64,000 nucleotides of DNA from Promethearchaeota archaeon (GCA_019058295.1 JAHPZI010000028.1:64001-128000); one strand, 5' to 3'. Shown: positions 40,143-51,035, counted from the stretch's first letter. The notes: a model not told the origin generated them from the sequence alone. Program-made: numbers and translations.

Positions 40143-40799
40143 TTATTGCATTAATTCCTCTATTTCTTTATCTGAGAGAAATCCTTTGATTTCTATCAAT
40201 TCTTGGATTTTTTTTAGAACTTTGGGGGCCTTACTCATCTCTGATTTTTCTGCCTCAAGAGCCTCAAGTTTTTTGTTCAGTGCATCCATTTCATCCCCTT
40301 TTTTTAAAAGATCATTATTGATATTTTCAACTTCTTTATCTTTTTGCTTTAAAATATTTTTAATGTCTTCAATTTCTTTATCTTTTTGTTTTAGAGGGCT
40401 TTCTAAATTCGCTATCTTACTCTTAAGATTTTCTATTTCTTTATCTTTATTTTCTACTGTTTGTTTAAGATCCGCTTCCTTGTCATTAGAGTTTTTTAAG
40501 CTGCTTTCGAAATCGGCACTTTTTGATTCTAAATCGGCTCTTTTTTTTTCTAAATCTTTTATTTTATTTTCTAAATCTGCTATTTTTTTTTCTAAATTAG
40601 ATATTTCATTAGAATTTTCTGATTTAATTTTATCAATTTCTTTATTAGAATCAAGTTTCTGTTTTTCAATATCCTTTTTTGAACTTGATAATTGTTTTTC
40701 TAAATCAGTAATTTTTGCCCTAAGATCTAGTAAGGCTCTTCCATCAACCTTTTGTTTGGCGTCAGGCTTTTCTTCAATGCGTGACCAATCAATAGTCAT
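40143..40799 (-). CDS. Coiled-coil protein
   Basis: Continuous heptads with KDKEI/VE repeats. Confidence 0.75.
   Translation of the reverse strand: MTIDWSRIEEKPDAKQKVDGRALLDLRAKITDLEKQLSSSKKDIEKQKLDSNKEIDKIKSENSNEISNLEKKIADLENKIKDLEKKRADLESKSADFESSLKNSNDKEADLKQTVENKDKEIENLKSKIANLESPLKQKDKEIEDIKNILKQKDKEVENINNDLLKKGDEMDALNKKLEALEAEKSEMSKAPKVLKKIQELIEIKGFLSDKEIEELMQ
40510..40593 (-). repeat. Four degenerate 21-bp (heptad-coding) tandem repeats
   Basis: aaatc...ttct units at 40510, 40531, 40552 and 40573. Confidence 0.75.
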
Positions 40800-40894
40800 T
40801 TTTTTTTCAACCTTTTATTAGATTAAATATTTTAATTAATATATGTCATTTTATTTAATATTAAATTAAAATTATATATACAAATTTAAAAAAA

Positions 40895-41725
40895 CTATCT
40901 TTTTTTTTTATAAATTTGAATAGCTTTTTCATTTAGGAATTTTCCCTTTTTATTAATTAATTTAATACAGTCAATAATTATTGGTTTTCCATAATTTCTT
41001 TTGAATTCCTTAATAATAACGTTTTTAATTAATTTTTTAGTTTTTCTGTATTTTTTATAATCATAAGGATTTTCTTTTAAATAAATTTGGATATAACTTA
41101 AAATTTGATTCTTCAATGAGTTTTTAACATTTTTATCATAAAATCTAGCAATTCTAAAATTGTTAAAATTAGTACATAATAAATTCCAATTAGGAATAAA
41201 AGTGAAATTAGAGTTTCTGAAATAATAATATTCGAAACCGCTCTGTATTATTTTATCTGTTTTTTTATCTGAAAGGGAATAGTGTAAAGCATATGGTGCA
41301 GAGATTTTACTTTTTGAGTGGGTTACATTTACGTAATAAACTCTCCCGCCATATATTTTATGAAGAAATTTCTCTACTGGATTTATTCTTACATTTTTTT
41401 TGTGTTCGGGAAATTTAGGGCTTGCGACACATTTTCCTTTACCGTGTAAAATCCAGAGTACATATATTTTTTGTTGATTATATTCCTTTGTTCTTTTGAC
41501 AATCTCTTTAATTGAAATTCTGGATTGCTGGATTTCAACAACTATTTCTTGGCCATTTTTCAGTTTAAAATAAACGTCTGCTCTACGATTTTTAACATAT
41601 TTTTCAGTAGAGCTTTCAGCTATATTAAAATTTCTTTCTGATACATATTTAAAGATTAATTGCTTAATCGATTTGTGATAAAACGACTCAGATTTTTTAT
41701 CTAGCAGGATACTTAGATCATCCAT
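40895..41725 (-). CDS. CoiA-like PD-(D/E)XK nuclease
   Basis: ESFYHKSIK, EK...RRADV, VVEIQQSRIS...RT..Y..YVLWI. Confidence 0.75.
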   Translation of the reverse strand: MDDLSILLDKKSESFYHKSIKQLIFKYVSERNFNIAESSTEKYVKNRRADVYFKLKNGQEIVVEIQQSRISIKEIVKRTKEYNQQKIYVLWILHGKGKCVASPKFPEHKKNVRINPVEKFLHKIYGGRVYYVNVTHSKSKISAPYALHYSLSDKKTDKIIQSGFEYYYFRNSNFTFIPNWNLLCTNFNNFRIARFYDKNVKNSLKNQILSYIQIYLKENPYDYKKYRKTKKLIKNVIIKEFKRNYGKPIIIDCIKLINKKGKFLNEKAIQIYKKKR

Positions 41726-41968
41726 AGAATATCATTTATTCTGTCAAGTGCATTAATGAAAATTGATACAAATATTATTTAATTCTCATGAGTTCAGAGA
41801 TTTAATAAAAAATTATTGAGTTTGAAATGTGTTTCTTCTATATATAATCAAAAGAAACAGAAAAATGTCATTTTTAAAAAAATTTTTCTTTATATATTGT
41901 GGATTTATTAGGAAATTAACTCACTGTCCTTTTTTAAAAAATATATTGTATTAATAAAATTGATAAAT

Positions 41969-42661
41969 ATGACAAATAATCATAGTCAAAGTTTTTTTGG
42001 CCAAGCAACAGGATTAACAATAAATAGTACTTTAAAAGATGATCCTTTCATTTTTTTAAAGTGTATTAAAAAGAAACCTGATGGAACATGGGAAAAACCT
42101 TCACAAGGAGAAGGAAAAACCATTAAACTTTCTCTAGATGAGATGGTTATGATTTTAAAAGTCTTAAAACGCAAGATTGAATCGTGGTCAAGTTTTCACT
42201 CCTATAAAGAAAATAAAACTCAGATTTCTTTCAGTTGGGAGGGGAATGATGGACATAAGCTTTGGATTAATATTGGAAATTATTCAAAATTACTAGGCGA
42301 AGCTCAAATTGAAATATTTAAATTACTATTGAAACATCTAATTAAAGAAAAAATTGAATTTGCTACCATTTCTAACATATCTAAACAAAGAACTATAAAT
42401 GATCCAGAAAATGAAGATTTTAAACCTACAATTATGAATAATTCTGTTATAAAAGAACAGATGTCTGAAAGTAAAAAAGCTGAAATTATTGGGTCAATTA
42501 AGGCTGAAACAGGTAAAGCAATATTACTTGTTTTTAATAATGGGCAAGAGGCATGGATTCCAAAATCAACAATTTATTCGAATTATAAGCCTGAAATAGG
42601 ATTAAATCAAACTTTTCTGACAGAAAACTGGATTTTAAAAAGAAATAATATCTCAACATAA
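41969..42661 (+). CDS. Hypothetical protein, possible Whirly/PC4-like ssDNA-binding fold plus small C-terminal beta domain
   Basis: IKLSLDEMVMILKVL..ES...FH pattern; C-terminal ETGKAILL...WIPKS. Confidence 0.45.
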   Translation: MTNNHSQSFFGQATGLTINSTLKDDPFIFLKCIKKKPDGTWEKPSQGEGKTIKLSLDEMVMILKVLKRKIESWSSFHSYKENKTQISFSWEGNDGHKLWINIGNYSKLLGEAQIEIFKLLLKHLIKEKIEFATISNISKQRTINDPENEDFKPTIMNNSVIKEQMSESKKAEIIGSIKAETGKAILLVFNNGQEAWIPKSTIYSNYKPEIGLNQTFLTENWILKRNNIST

Positions 42662-42830
42662 TAAATTTAAAAAAAATCCATAATGTTATGCTCCTAATTT
42701 TCAATTTGATAATGATTCTGTTATTTTATAGATATATTTATTTAAATTTATCATTAATATTCAAAATTAACAAAATTTTATTAATACAGACAGATATAAT
42801 AAACCAAATATTAGCCTTTCTCTATATTTT

Positions 42831-43991
42831 ATGATGATCCCTAAAAGAAACTATATCGTTTATTTCTACGCTTATTTTGTATCAAATTTAATCTTAATTT
42901 TTATTAACGTGATGTTACCTATATTTTTCTTTAACATTTTAAATATAAATAGAATTGAATTAGCTTTTATACAATTTGCCGCTTATTCGATCTTGTTTAC
43001 GAAACCAATAATTTCTATTTATTTTGATAAAGTTAGATCAACGAGAAAGATTTTCCTTATTATTAGCTCTATAGGAACATTATCCAGTTTTATATTTTTT
43101 ACACTATATTTAAATATCTTGGCTGTTTTTGGTATTTTCCTTTCAATTAATTTTCTCTGCGTCTCAGTTATGGATGTTATCATAGATAAGATGATCGTTG
43201 ATTATTCCCCAGAGGAAAAGACTAAGGATCGAAACGCTAGATATATATTTTTAGGAGGTATGAGTGGTGCGATATTCCCCACTATAATATCTTTTCTAAT
43301 TTTTACTGACATGTACTCAATACCCACTTGGAATTTATTTTTTTTAATATTATCTATCGCAATTATCCCTATGGTATTTATGAGTTACTTTTTAAAAGTC
43401 TCCTTAGACTCCAATAAAAAGGAAGTAGATACAATAGACAACGATATTAATAAAAAACCAATTGTGCTATTATGTATATGTGCTTTCTTTGCGTATGGAG
43501 ATAGAATCTACGATTATCCATTAGAACCTTGGCTAGTTGAAAAATGGGGAGAGCAATATTTTTCTTTACTTTTACTCATTCTTATGATTATGATTATATT
43601 AAATGCCTTAGGAATAGTTATAGCAAGTACAGTTTCAAGTAGATACAACAGAAAAAACATTTTATCGCTCTCGTTATTTATATTAGGTTTACTGATGATA
43701 ATTGCTCCCTTTACAGATAAAATTACTTTTTTTATTATTTTTGGCATAATGCAGATTTTTGCGGGATTTTGTGTTGTAAATTTATTTTCTCTTATGGTTA
43801 AACACTCTCACAAAAAAGTATGGATTTTTCAGTTATTAACCTCGTTTTCTCTTTTAGCAAGATTTTTGTTAGTCCCATTAGGTACATATTTATCGGCGTT
43901 TGTGCCCACAGAAATAATAATAGTAATTGCTGGTATATTAGTTTTGCTTTCAGTAATCCCTGTTATTTTTATTAAATATGAAAAGGAATAA
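42831..43991 (+). CDS. MFS transporter
   Basis: About 12 TMs; KP..S.YFD, DV.ID, SSRYNRK. Confidence 0.8.
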   Translation: MMIPKRNYIVYFYAYFVSNLILIFINVMLPIFFFNILNINRIELAFIQFAAYSILFTKPIISIYFDKVRSTRKIFLIISSIGTLSSFIFFTLYLNILAVFGIFLSINFLCVSVMDVIIDKMIVDYSPEEKTKDRNARYIFLGGMSGAIFPTIISFLIFTDMYSIPTWNLFFLILSIAIIPMVFMSYFLKVSLDSNKKEVDTIDNDINKKPIVLLCICAFFAYGDRIYDYPLEPWLVEKWGEQYFSLLLLILMIMIILNALGIVIASTVSSRYNRKNILSLSLFILGLLMIIAPFTDKITFFIIFGIMQIFAGFCVVNLFSLMVKHSHKKVWIFQLLTSFSLLARFLLVPLGTYLSAFVPTEIIIVIAGILVLLSVIPVIFIKYEKE

Positions 43992-44226
43992 TAAATTATG
44001 AACTCAGACGTATAAATCGCAAAATATACTACAAAAAAAAATAAATCTTATTCAATACAGTAAGATATTCTAATCTTAAGTAATTATTTGACTGCTATTT
44101 TTGAAATTGAAGCTATTATCCTAAATCCAAAAAAAAATAAGAAAATTAATTTAAATATTAATAATTTAAACATTTTAGGACTTATACTAAACATTATATT
44201 TTTAAAATATTAATTAGGGTTAAAAA

Positions 44227-47200
44227 TTGAATATTTTAAATCTTAATATTATAGATTATCGAGATATTGATGAACTTAATCAAAATTTTAAAAAAATATT
44301 AAATAAAATTCAGAATATTCTTAATATTGATATAATTTATTCTGAGGTTTTTTTAAAGTTAAATGAACTTAAGACTCCTATAAGTATTGAAAAAACGGAT
44401 ATATTTGATTTAGGTGTTGAAAGGGACATAAAAAACAATTCTTTATATATTAGGATTAATAAGGATTATAAAAAATTTTTACCCATCATATTATTAAGAG
44501 AAGCCTTTTATTGTTTTATACCTAAAGCAATTGCTCAAAATCAAACAATTAGAATTATCATTAATCTCATCTTGGAATTTGAACTTGAAAAATTTGAACA
44601 TATTAATGAATGGAAGCAGATTTTTCAAGAACAATTTATCGATTTGAATATAAAATATCCCATATTCCATATAATTGATAAATTTCTTTGCCCAGACGGT
44701 TCAAATTTATCAGAATCTTCCATTCGATTCTTTTTTAATCATATAAGAAATAATGTCCAGTTGATAACAGAGGCTAAAGAAGCATTTCATAACAGATTGA
44801 TAAAGGAATATGTACTAAAGACATCTAGATTTCTTTTCGATGATGATATGATTGAATCTATTCGAATTTTAATTGAAATTTTTTATAAAATAAAAAGTTA
44901 TAAAGCGCTTTTAGAATATAAGAATTATTTTAAAGAATTTAAACAAAATGATAAAATATCGACTGACTTAAGCCTTAGACGTTTTATCAAAAGTGTCAAG
45001 TGGATTAATAAGGTTAGTTTTATAGCTCCTACATACGAAATTAATTACCAATTACTAGATTTTGATTGGAATTATTGTTCATTGACTTTCCATCCAGCGA
45101 TTAATAAAAAGAAAATAGACAGAATTATGAATAAGTTTCCTTTTATAATAAGCCCACGTTCATCACCAGGGAAATTTTCATATGAAATTTCTTTTTGGTT
45201 AATTTCCCCAAAATCATATGATAAGGACATAATCCGTTTTATCGAAAAACTTGAAGAATTTGGATACATTATCGATAAAACCTTAATTTTACAAAGAGAA
45301 TTCAAAAATAATAGTATAAACCTTAACTATTTTAGAAAATTTTATAAAAGAGGGAGATTAATAAATCCGAAGCATCCCAATTATGATGAGAAATACGAGA
45401 TATCATTTGAAAACAATTATGGAACTCAAAAATTACATCAAGAAATTTCTATACTAGATACGATGATCCTTGAGAATATTGTCCAATGGAATGTTGATGG
45501 TATCGGTTTTGAAAAAAGGACTAATGTTTTCCGTTTATTAAAATCAAGAATAATATATGAAATTTTAAGCCAAAAAAATCTAATCAAAAATATTAAGAAA
45601 AAAATACAAATAATTCAAGATAATAATGAAATTAAACAATTTTTTATTACATTATTAGAGAATAATAAAAAATTTGGTTTTTTTTACATCAAGGAGTATT
45701 TAGAAGGGATTAAAAAATATTTAATGTTAGTCGACAAGATCTTAAAGCAAAATCCAGATATAAAAAATGTATTTCAATTTCAAGAATTTATCAAGAAGAA
45801 TGGTATTTTTAATAAATTGGATGAGGCTATTCTTTTTGATAGAACTGATTTAAAAAATAATGTTTTTAATAAGTTCATTCCATTATATTTTAGTGATATC
45901 GAGGCCTTCAAGAAGCATCTAAACCACATTGGAATTCTTTCTGATTTTTTCAACTATTGCCATAAGTTGAAAATATTCAACATCAATGCTCTTATGAGAA
46001 TAATTGAAGATAAATTTGTATCAGAGAAAATATATATAAAAAAACAAGAAAAACTTGATAATATACGCCAAGGTATTAAAAACAAAAAAATTACAGGAAT
46101 AGTAGTAGACGAAATAATTGATGAGTTTTGTAATACAAACCCTCCATTATTGAAGCCCTTTTTGATTAGTACTTTAAATACAAGTAATTTTGCGAAATAT
46201 TATCTTGAATTCATCCTTAAATATAGAAATGAGACAATTGAAATCTTATCCAAAATAAAACACTATTTTCCCCGTTTTGTGTTTGTTTATGGACTGAATC
46301 CGTTCATTAAAAAAAAAATTATTCTAATTTATATTTGGATTGTCAATTTAAATAATATTGAAAAAAAATTATTGATAACTATTTTCAATAAATTTTTTAA
46401 AGATGAGATCATTAGCGTTAAAAGATATTTTTCTGATGGTTTTAATGAAATGCCTGATATTAGATCTTATTACGACTTAGAATCTCAAGGTTTTTTCTAC
46501 ACTAAAGATTTAATCGAGCAATATTCTCATTTTGTCAAAACTATAATTGGAAATCAATTTAAAAAATTTATAGAAGTGCCATTCAAGAATCAAGATTTAC
46601 TATGGTCGTCAAAAGAGTCTTTTACTGAATTAATTAGTCGTGTTGAGGATAGAATCTCACGACAACAAATTGATTTTAATGCTAAAAAACTCCAAGATCT
46701 AAAAGCATTTCATTCAAATCTCGAAAATTTAATTTTAAACGTACAAAATTTTAAGCAGGTTAAACAATCAAATTTTTTTAAACAGTATATAAAATCTATA
46801 AAATTTTTCCCAAATTTTCATAATTATGGTATTTCAAATTATTTTTTATATATTCGTCCACTTGATTTAAATCAAATTGATCTTAGACTCTTGTTTAATA
46901 ATACTTTTCAAAAAATTAAATTTCAAGCTTCCATAGGCAAAAGTCAATCATTTTTCATTTCATATCTCTTCCCGTTTAGAAATCCTAACATATCCTACGT
47001 AAATTGGTTAACAAAATCTAAACGCATCATTCTTGAATATTGTATTTTCTACATAAAGACTATACACCTCATCTTCAATTTTCATAGCAATCTCGAATCA
47101 AGTGGTTGGGATTTGGATCATAAAAAATTTGAGACTCACATTCAAGAAATTTTATTCAATCCAAAATTCAAAAAAATACCTCTTGAAATAAAAACATTAA

Positions 47201-47853
47201 AATTAAGTGAGCCCTCTAAATTCCAATTTCTTGGACCAGATACTCCAAATTTTACTAAATTGACTAATATTTACAGAATTGAATCTATTGATATAAAATC
47301 TATAGTGGGAACTAAAAAATATTCCCAGGAAAAAGCTATCATAGATTCATTAAAAGATAAACATATATTTCCATATTTAAAACTTAAAAATTTAGATTTT
47401 CAGGATAAAATTTACCTTATCTTGATTAATCTCAATAAGGAGACGATAGATAAAATAATTAGAATATTCAGTTTCTTCAATTATGGATTTATTTATGAAA
47501 TTGAGGGAGAATATTTCATACAAGAGCTCTTAGATGATGGTAAATTTGAGAATGGCCTTATGATTAAGCTGTATTTCCCTCTGTGCGAAATTAGTGCGTT
47601 TCTAAAAATCTTTAGAAAGTTATTTCATTTCTTACATATCAAGAATTTTTTGATCTTAAATGACTTAATAAGTGGAAAAAATCTAATTAAATCGATTTAT
47701 AGTGATTTTGATTTATCCAAAAATTATAATCCTTTAATAAATCTGAGATGGAATAATAAAGATAAAATGTGGATGAATAATAAACTATATAATGAAAAAT
47801 TCGAGCCTCTTTATCCAGATTTAGTACCTAAAGAACAAAATAATGGAACCTAA
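44227..47853 (+). CDS. Large soluble hypothetical protein (1208 aa), possibly with several Lrp/AsnC-like modules
   Basis: Long uninterrupted ORF without TM; recurring segments like PTYEINYQLLD, FPNFHNYGI and FPYLKLKNLDF preceding beta-alpha-beta units. Confidence 0.6.
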   Translation: MNILNLNIIDYRDIDELNQNFKKILNKIQNILNIDIIYSEVFLKLNELKTPISIEKTDIFDLGVERDIKNNSLYIRINKDYKKFLPIILLREAFYCFIPKAIAQNQTIRIIINLILEFELEKFEHINEWKQIFQEQFIDLNIKYPIFHIIDKFLCPDGSNLSESSIRFFFNHIRNNVQLITEAKEAFHNRLIKEYVLKTSRFLFDDDMIESIRILIEIFYKIKSYKALLEYKNYFKEFKQNDKISTDLSLRRFIKSVKWINKVSFIAPTYEINYQLLDFDWNYCSLTFHPAINKKKIDRIMNKFPFIISPRSSPGKFSYEISFWLISPKSYDKDIIRFIEKLEEFGYIIDKTLILQREFKNNSINLNYFRKFYKRGRLINPKHPNYDEKYEISFENNYGTQKLHQEISILDTMILENIVQWNVDGIGFEKRTNVFRLLKSRIIYEILSQKNLIKNIKKKIQIIQDNNEIKQFFITLLENNKKFGFFYIKEYLEGIKKYLMLVDKILKQNPDIKNVFQFQEFIKKNGIFNKLDEAILFDRTDLKNNVFNKFIPLYFSDIEAFKKHLNHIGILSDFFNYCHKLKIFNINALMRIIEDKFVSEKIYIKKQEKLDNIRQGIKNKKITGIVVDEIIDEFCNTNPPLLKPFLISTLNTSNFAKYYLEFILKYRNETIEILSKIKHYFPRFVFVYGLNPFIKKKIILIYIWIVNLNNIEKKLLITIFNKFFKDEIISVKRYFSDGFNEMPDIRSYYDLESQGFFYTKDLIEQYSHFVKTIIGNQFKKFIEVPFKNQDLLWSSKESFTELISRVEDRISRQQIDFNAKKLQDLKAFHSNLENLILNVQNFKQVKQSNFFKQYIKSIKFFPNFHNYGISNYFLYIRPLDLNQIDLRLLFNNTFQKIKFQASIGKSQSFFISYLFPFRNPNISYVNWLTKSKRIILEYCIFYIKTIHLIFNFHSNLESSGWDLDHKKFETHIQEILFNPKFKKIPLEIKTLKLSEPSKFQFLGPDTPNFTKLTNIYRIESIDIKSIVGTKKYSQEKAIIDSLKDKHIFPYLKLKNLDFQDKIYLILINLNKETIDKIIRIFSFFNYGFIYEIEGEYFIQELLDDGKFENGLMIKLYFPLCEISAFLKIFRKLFHFLHIKNFLILNDLISGKNLIKSIYSDFDLSKNYNPLINLRWNNKDKMWMNNKLYNEKFEPLYPDLVPKEQNNGT

Positions 47854-47997
47854 AAAAGATTAAAAATTTTAAAGCACATAAAAAAACCTCCATTCATTAC
47901 ATTATTAGGATATGTATATTGAATAAGTGGAGTTTAAATATTCCATCAACTAAACATAAGTGCACCAAAATTATATCTTAATTGAAGTGATTATTGT

Positions 47998-48114
47998 ATG
48001 GAATTAAGTAAAAAAGTATTGGTTGCTTTAGCTATTTTATTAACAGTTTCCTATGGTTTAAGCATGGCTGCAGCAGGAGTCTCTATTCCTGGTTGCGGAG
48101 AAGCAGCTCCATAG
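47998..48114 (+). CDS. Small signal-peptide-containing protein (38 aa), not in the ORF track
   Basis: MELSKKVLVALAILLTVSYGLSMAAAGVSIPGCGEAAP; GAAGTGA SD-like motif upstream; GC above the surrounding intergenic DNA. Confidence 0.6.
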   Translation: MELSKKVLVALAILLTVSYGLSMAAAGVSIPGCGEAAP

Positions 48115-48197
48115 AAAATTCAATCCAGTTTCGGGACATAAAAATAGCTAGCAATATTTTCTCTTTTTTTATAGGAAAAAAATAAATTAAAAAAGAA

Positions 48198-49118
48198 TTA
48201 CTTAAAAAATTTAAGAAATTTGTCTGCTATTTCGAAACTTGAAACTTTAGCAGTATGTTTTACAAATTCCCAGACATCCATTTTTATTTTATAACGCTTG
48301 TAAGGTTCTAAATCTTCTAATTTATTGTATTTTTTAAATCCGTAATAATCGTAAATGTATACTCTCTTTTTCTTTAGATAGCTACATATTGTAATATCTT
48401 CCTTCAGACTTCGATATCCGTCTTTTATATCTCCTAAAAAGATATTATCTCCCTCTTTTTTGGCCGTTTGATAAAACCAAAAATCTTTATATTGTTTTTC
48501 TCTACCCTCTGGAACTCTATACACCATTGTTATGGTTATATCTTCGTCAATCTCATCGAAAGGCACGTTCCGAGTTATCTTTTCAATTTCATAAGCGGAT
48601 GATATTGATCTAATAATTCCAAATCTTTTGTTATCACTGTGTACAGAATTTATAAGACAATTATAACCCCTAATTGCTTTTATCATTTCATTTTTATTAG
48701 GATTCTTATTAAATATATAAGTTAATTTTTTATTCAATGGAAGGGTCTTAATATTTTTTCGATATTTTTTCGATATCTCGGCGTCAATATAGATTTCCTT
48801 AACATAATTGAATATCTTATTGTTTCTTAGCATTTTATAGATTTCTTTAAACTTATGCGAGTTATCTAAATGTGCGAAATCTTTATCCAAAATACACACA
48901 TTAATCCCTATATTATTATCTATTAGGGATTGAATCCTATTATAACACTTTGCCTTCATTGTATGCTTTCCAAGCGCAATAACAAATTCTATCCCTCTTT
49001 TACTAAAATTATTTAAAATATCGTCGTCTTTGGGAAGTCTGAAAGGATCTGACCAAAAAAAATATTTTAATTTGGTTTTTGGTCTGATTTCAATATATTT
49101 CTTGCTTTTTATATCCAT
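48198..49118 (-). CDS. Hypothetical protein, possible TIM-barrel
   Basis: Alternating beta/alpha pattern with IYIDAE and TMVYR strand ends. Confidence 0.55.
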   Translation of the reverse strand: MDIKSKKYIEIRPKTKLKYFFWSDPFRLPKDDDILNNFSKRGIEFVIALGKHTMKAKCYNRIQSLIDNNIGINVCILDKDFAHLDNSHKFKEIYKMLRNNKIFNYVKEIYIDAEISKKYRKNIKTLPLNKKLTYIFNKNPNKNEMIKAIRGYNCLINSVHSDNKRFGIIRSISSAYEIEKITRNVPFDEIDEDITITMVYRVPEGREKQYKDFWFYQTAKKEGDNIFLGDIKDGYRSLKEDITICSYLKKKRVYIYDYYGFKKYNKLEDLEPYKRYKIKMDVWEFVKHTAKVSSFEIADKFLKFFK

Positions 49119-49191
49119 TATAATAAAAGAGAAGTTTAAGAAATTTATTCTATTGCTTATATGAGAATTAGGTTAAAAAAAAAAAAAAGAT

Positions 49192-50019
49192 TTATTCTTG
49201 AGAATAATTAGCTTTTAAACAAAATCCTAAAAAGATAATTAAGAATACAAAGAAATCGATCATTTCAGCAGTGAATATATAGGTTGGCGTTTCACCAAAG
49301 ACAATTTGCAACACTACTCTCGCAATGTTAGATATAAACCATGCTATAAATCCGATTGCGATGATTAAAGGATGAACTTGAGAAAGTCTTTTGTTTTTAT
49401 AAGCAAATAAAAACATCCATATGATTACAAGTATTGAAGGTATAACGATACAAGGCAATAATATACCCATTATCAAGAAGTTAGGCGCTAGAATTACAGC
49501 AGTGGTTTCAATAGCCACAATCACTAACATAATTCTGAACGTAGCTTTATTCCTCTGTTTCTCATCACCAGTAGATTTCCCGCGTAAAGATCGTAAATAT
49601 AAGATCATATTAATACTTAAAAATATTAAAGGGGCCATTTCTAAAATAATTATAAAAAAGCGGATTTTTAATAATAACATCACAAAATCATCATTGAAAG
49701 TAAAAAACGTAAGGTCCCAGAACAAATCTAAGATTTTACCAAATGCCAACAGAAGGAGAAAAATTCCAAATAGAAAGGGGATATCTGAAAGGTACTGTTC
49801 TTCTTGCTTAAACCATCTGTGGAACATATAATAAGACATGACTGATATAAACCCAATTCTAATTAAAATGATTATAACTACCGGCCACGCTCCTTCTGTA
49901 TGAGTAATCGCCTGTTGTATTTCTCGAAGATATAGGAGATATAGTAGTAATAACGGTACTAATCCCGATACAACAATTAATAATAATAAAATTTTATAAG
50001 TCCGTGCTTTTGTCAACAT
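49192..50019 (-). CDS. Multi-pass (7-8 TM) membrane protein
   Basis: Hydrophobicity pattern. Confidence 0.7.
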   Translation of the reverse strand: MLTKARTYKILLLLIVVSGLVPLLLLYLLYLREIQQAITHTEGAWPVVIIILIRIGFISVMSYYMFHRWFKQEEQYLSDIPFLFGIFLLLLAFGKILDLFWDLTFFTFNDDFVMLLLKIRFFIIILEMAPLIFLSINMILYLRSLRGKSTGDEKQRNKATFRIMLVIVAIETTAVILAPNFLIMGILLPCIVIPSILVIIWMFLFAYKNKRLSQVHPLIIAIGFIAWFISNIARVVLQIVFGETPTYIFTAEMIDFFVFLIIFLGFCLKANYSQE

Positions 50020-50143
50020 AAATTACCTTTTTCATAATAAATTTTATTTATATATAGAATATATTAATACATTCACTTAAAATCATAAAAACCTAACGTA
50101 TTTTTTTTAATAAAATTCTAATATTTTGGGTTTTAAAATAGAT

Positions 50144-50833
50144 TTAATAAATTTTTTCTAATTTAAGTAAATAAAATCCTTGAATCAAGAAACAAATTAT
50201 AAAACTATACATTGTAAGCTTTTGTAAAGTGACTTGAAATACTAATGATTCGAGGCTATTTGCACTATATTTCAGAAAAGTTATGATGAGTAAATTGATA
50301 AATGCAAAAGAAAAAACAAACAATAAGATCAATGCCATTCTATTAGAATATTGCTCTTTGAAGATAATTGCAATTGCATATAATAATATTGTAATCACTC
50401 CTGTAGTAGTAAAAATTAATCCACATAACACATGAAAAGAGCCATATACGTCCCATGGAGTAAGATAACCCACTAACATGAAAATTCCTGAAATTATTCC
50501 GAGAATCATAATAAAATTAGATATTCTTTTTATTTTTGGATCATCTTTGAAGAGATCTCTTAATGTTATGACAAATAAAATAAGTGAAATAGAGAAGAAC
50601 ACCCCCGCAATAGTATAAAGGATTAAAGATATAATGTTTGACTTCCCTGAGATAGATTTAATTCGGCCTAAATCACTAATAAAATTAATAAAAAATGAAT
50701 ATGTTTGAGCGTTTGGATTTATGAGATTACCTCCAGTATAAAAGAACATAGCTATTGTAGTCAGTATTAGATATTGGAAAATACCTATTATAACTAAACA
50801 AAATGAGAATTCGTGATAATTATGAATTTTCAT
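50144..50833 (-). CDS. DUF998-like membrane protein
   Basis: YSFFINFISDLG, TPWD...H, Q/K in the last TM. Confidence 0.65.
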   Translation of the reverse strand: MKIHNYHEFSFCLVIIGIFQYLILTTIAMFFYTGGNLINPNAQTYSFFINFISDLGRIKSISGKSNIISLILYTIAGVFFSISLILFVITLRDLFKDDPKIKRISNFIMILGIISGIFMLVGYLTPWDVYGSFHVLCGLIFTTTGVITILLYAIAIIFKEQYSNRMALILLFVFSFAFINLLIITFLKYSANSLESLVFQVTLQKLTMYSFIICFLIQGFYLLKLEKIY

Positions 50834-51035
50834 TATAATTCAATTTTAATCAATTTTAAAAATGATTTTGTGCCTAAATATAAAAACACCACGAGAGAAA
50901 ATTTTTAACTTTCTACAGAAAATATTAAAAAGAATTTTTTATAACAATATATAAATCAAAAATTAGAAAAATATTAAGAGTTAACAATTTAAAAAACTAT
51001 TAGGAGAATCAGATAGTAATTTTTTTTAAGAAACC

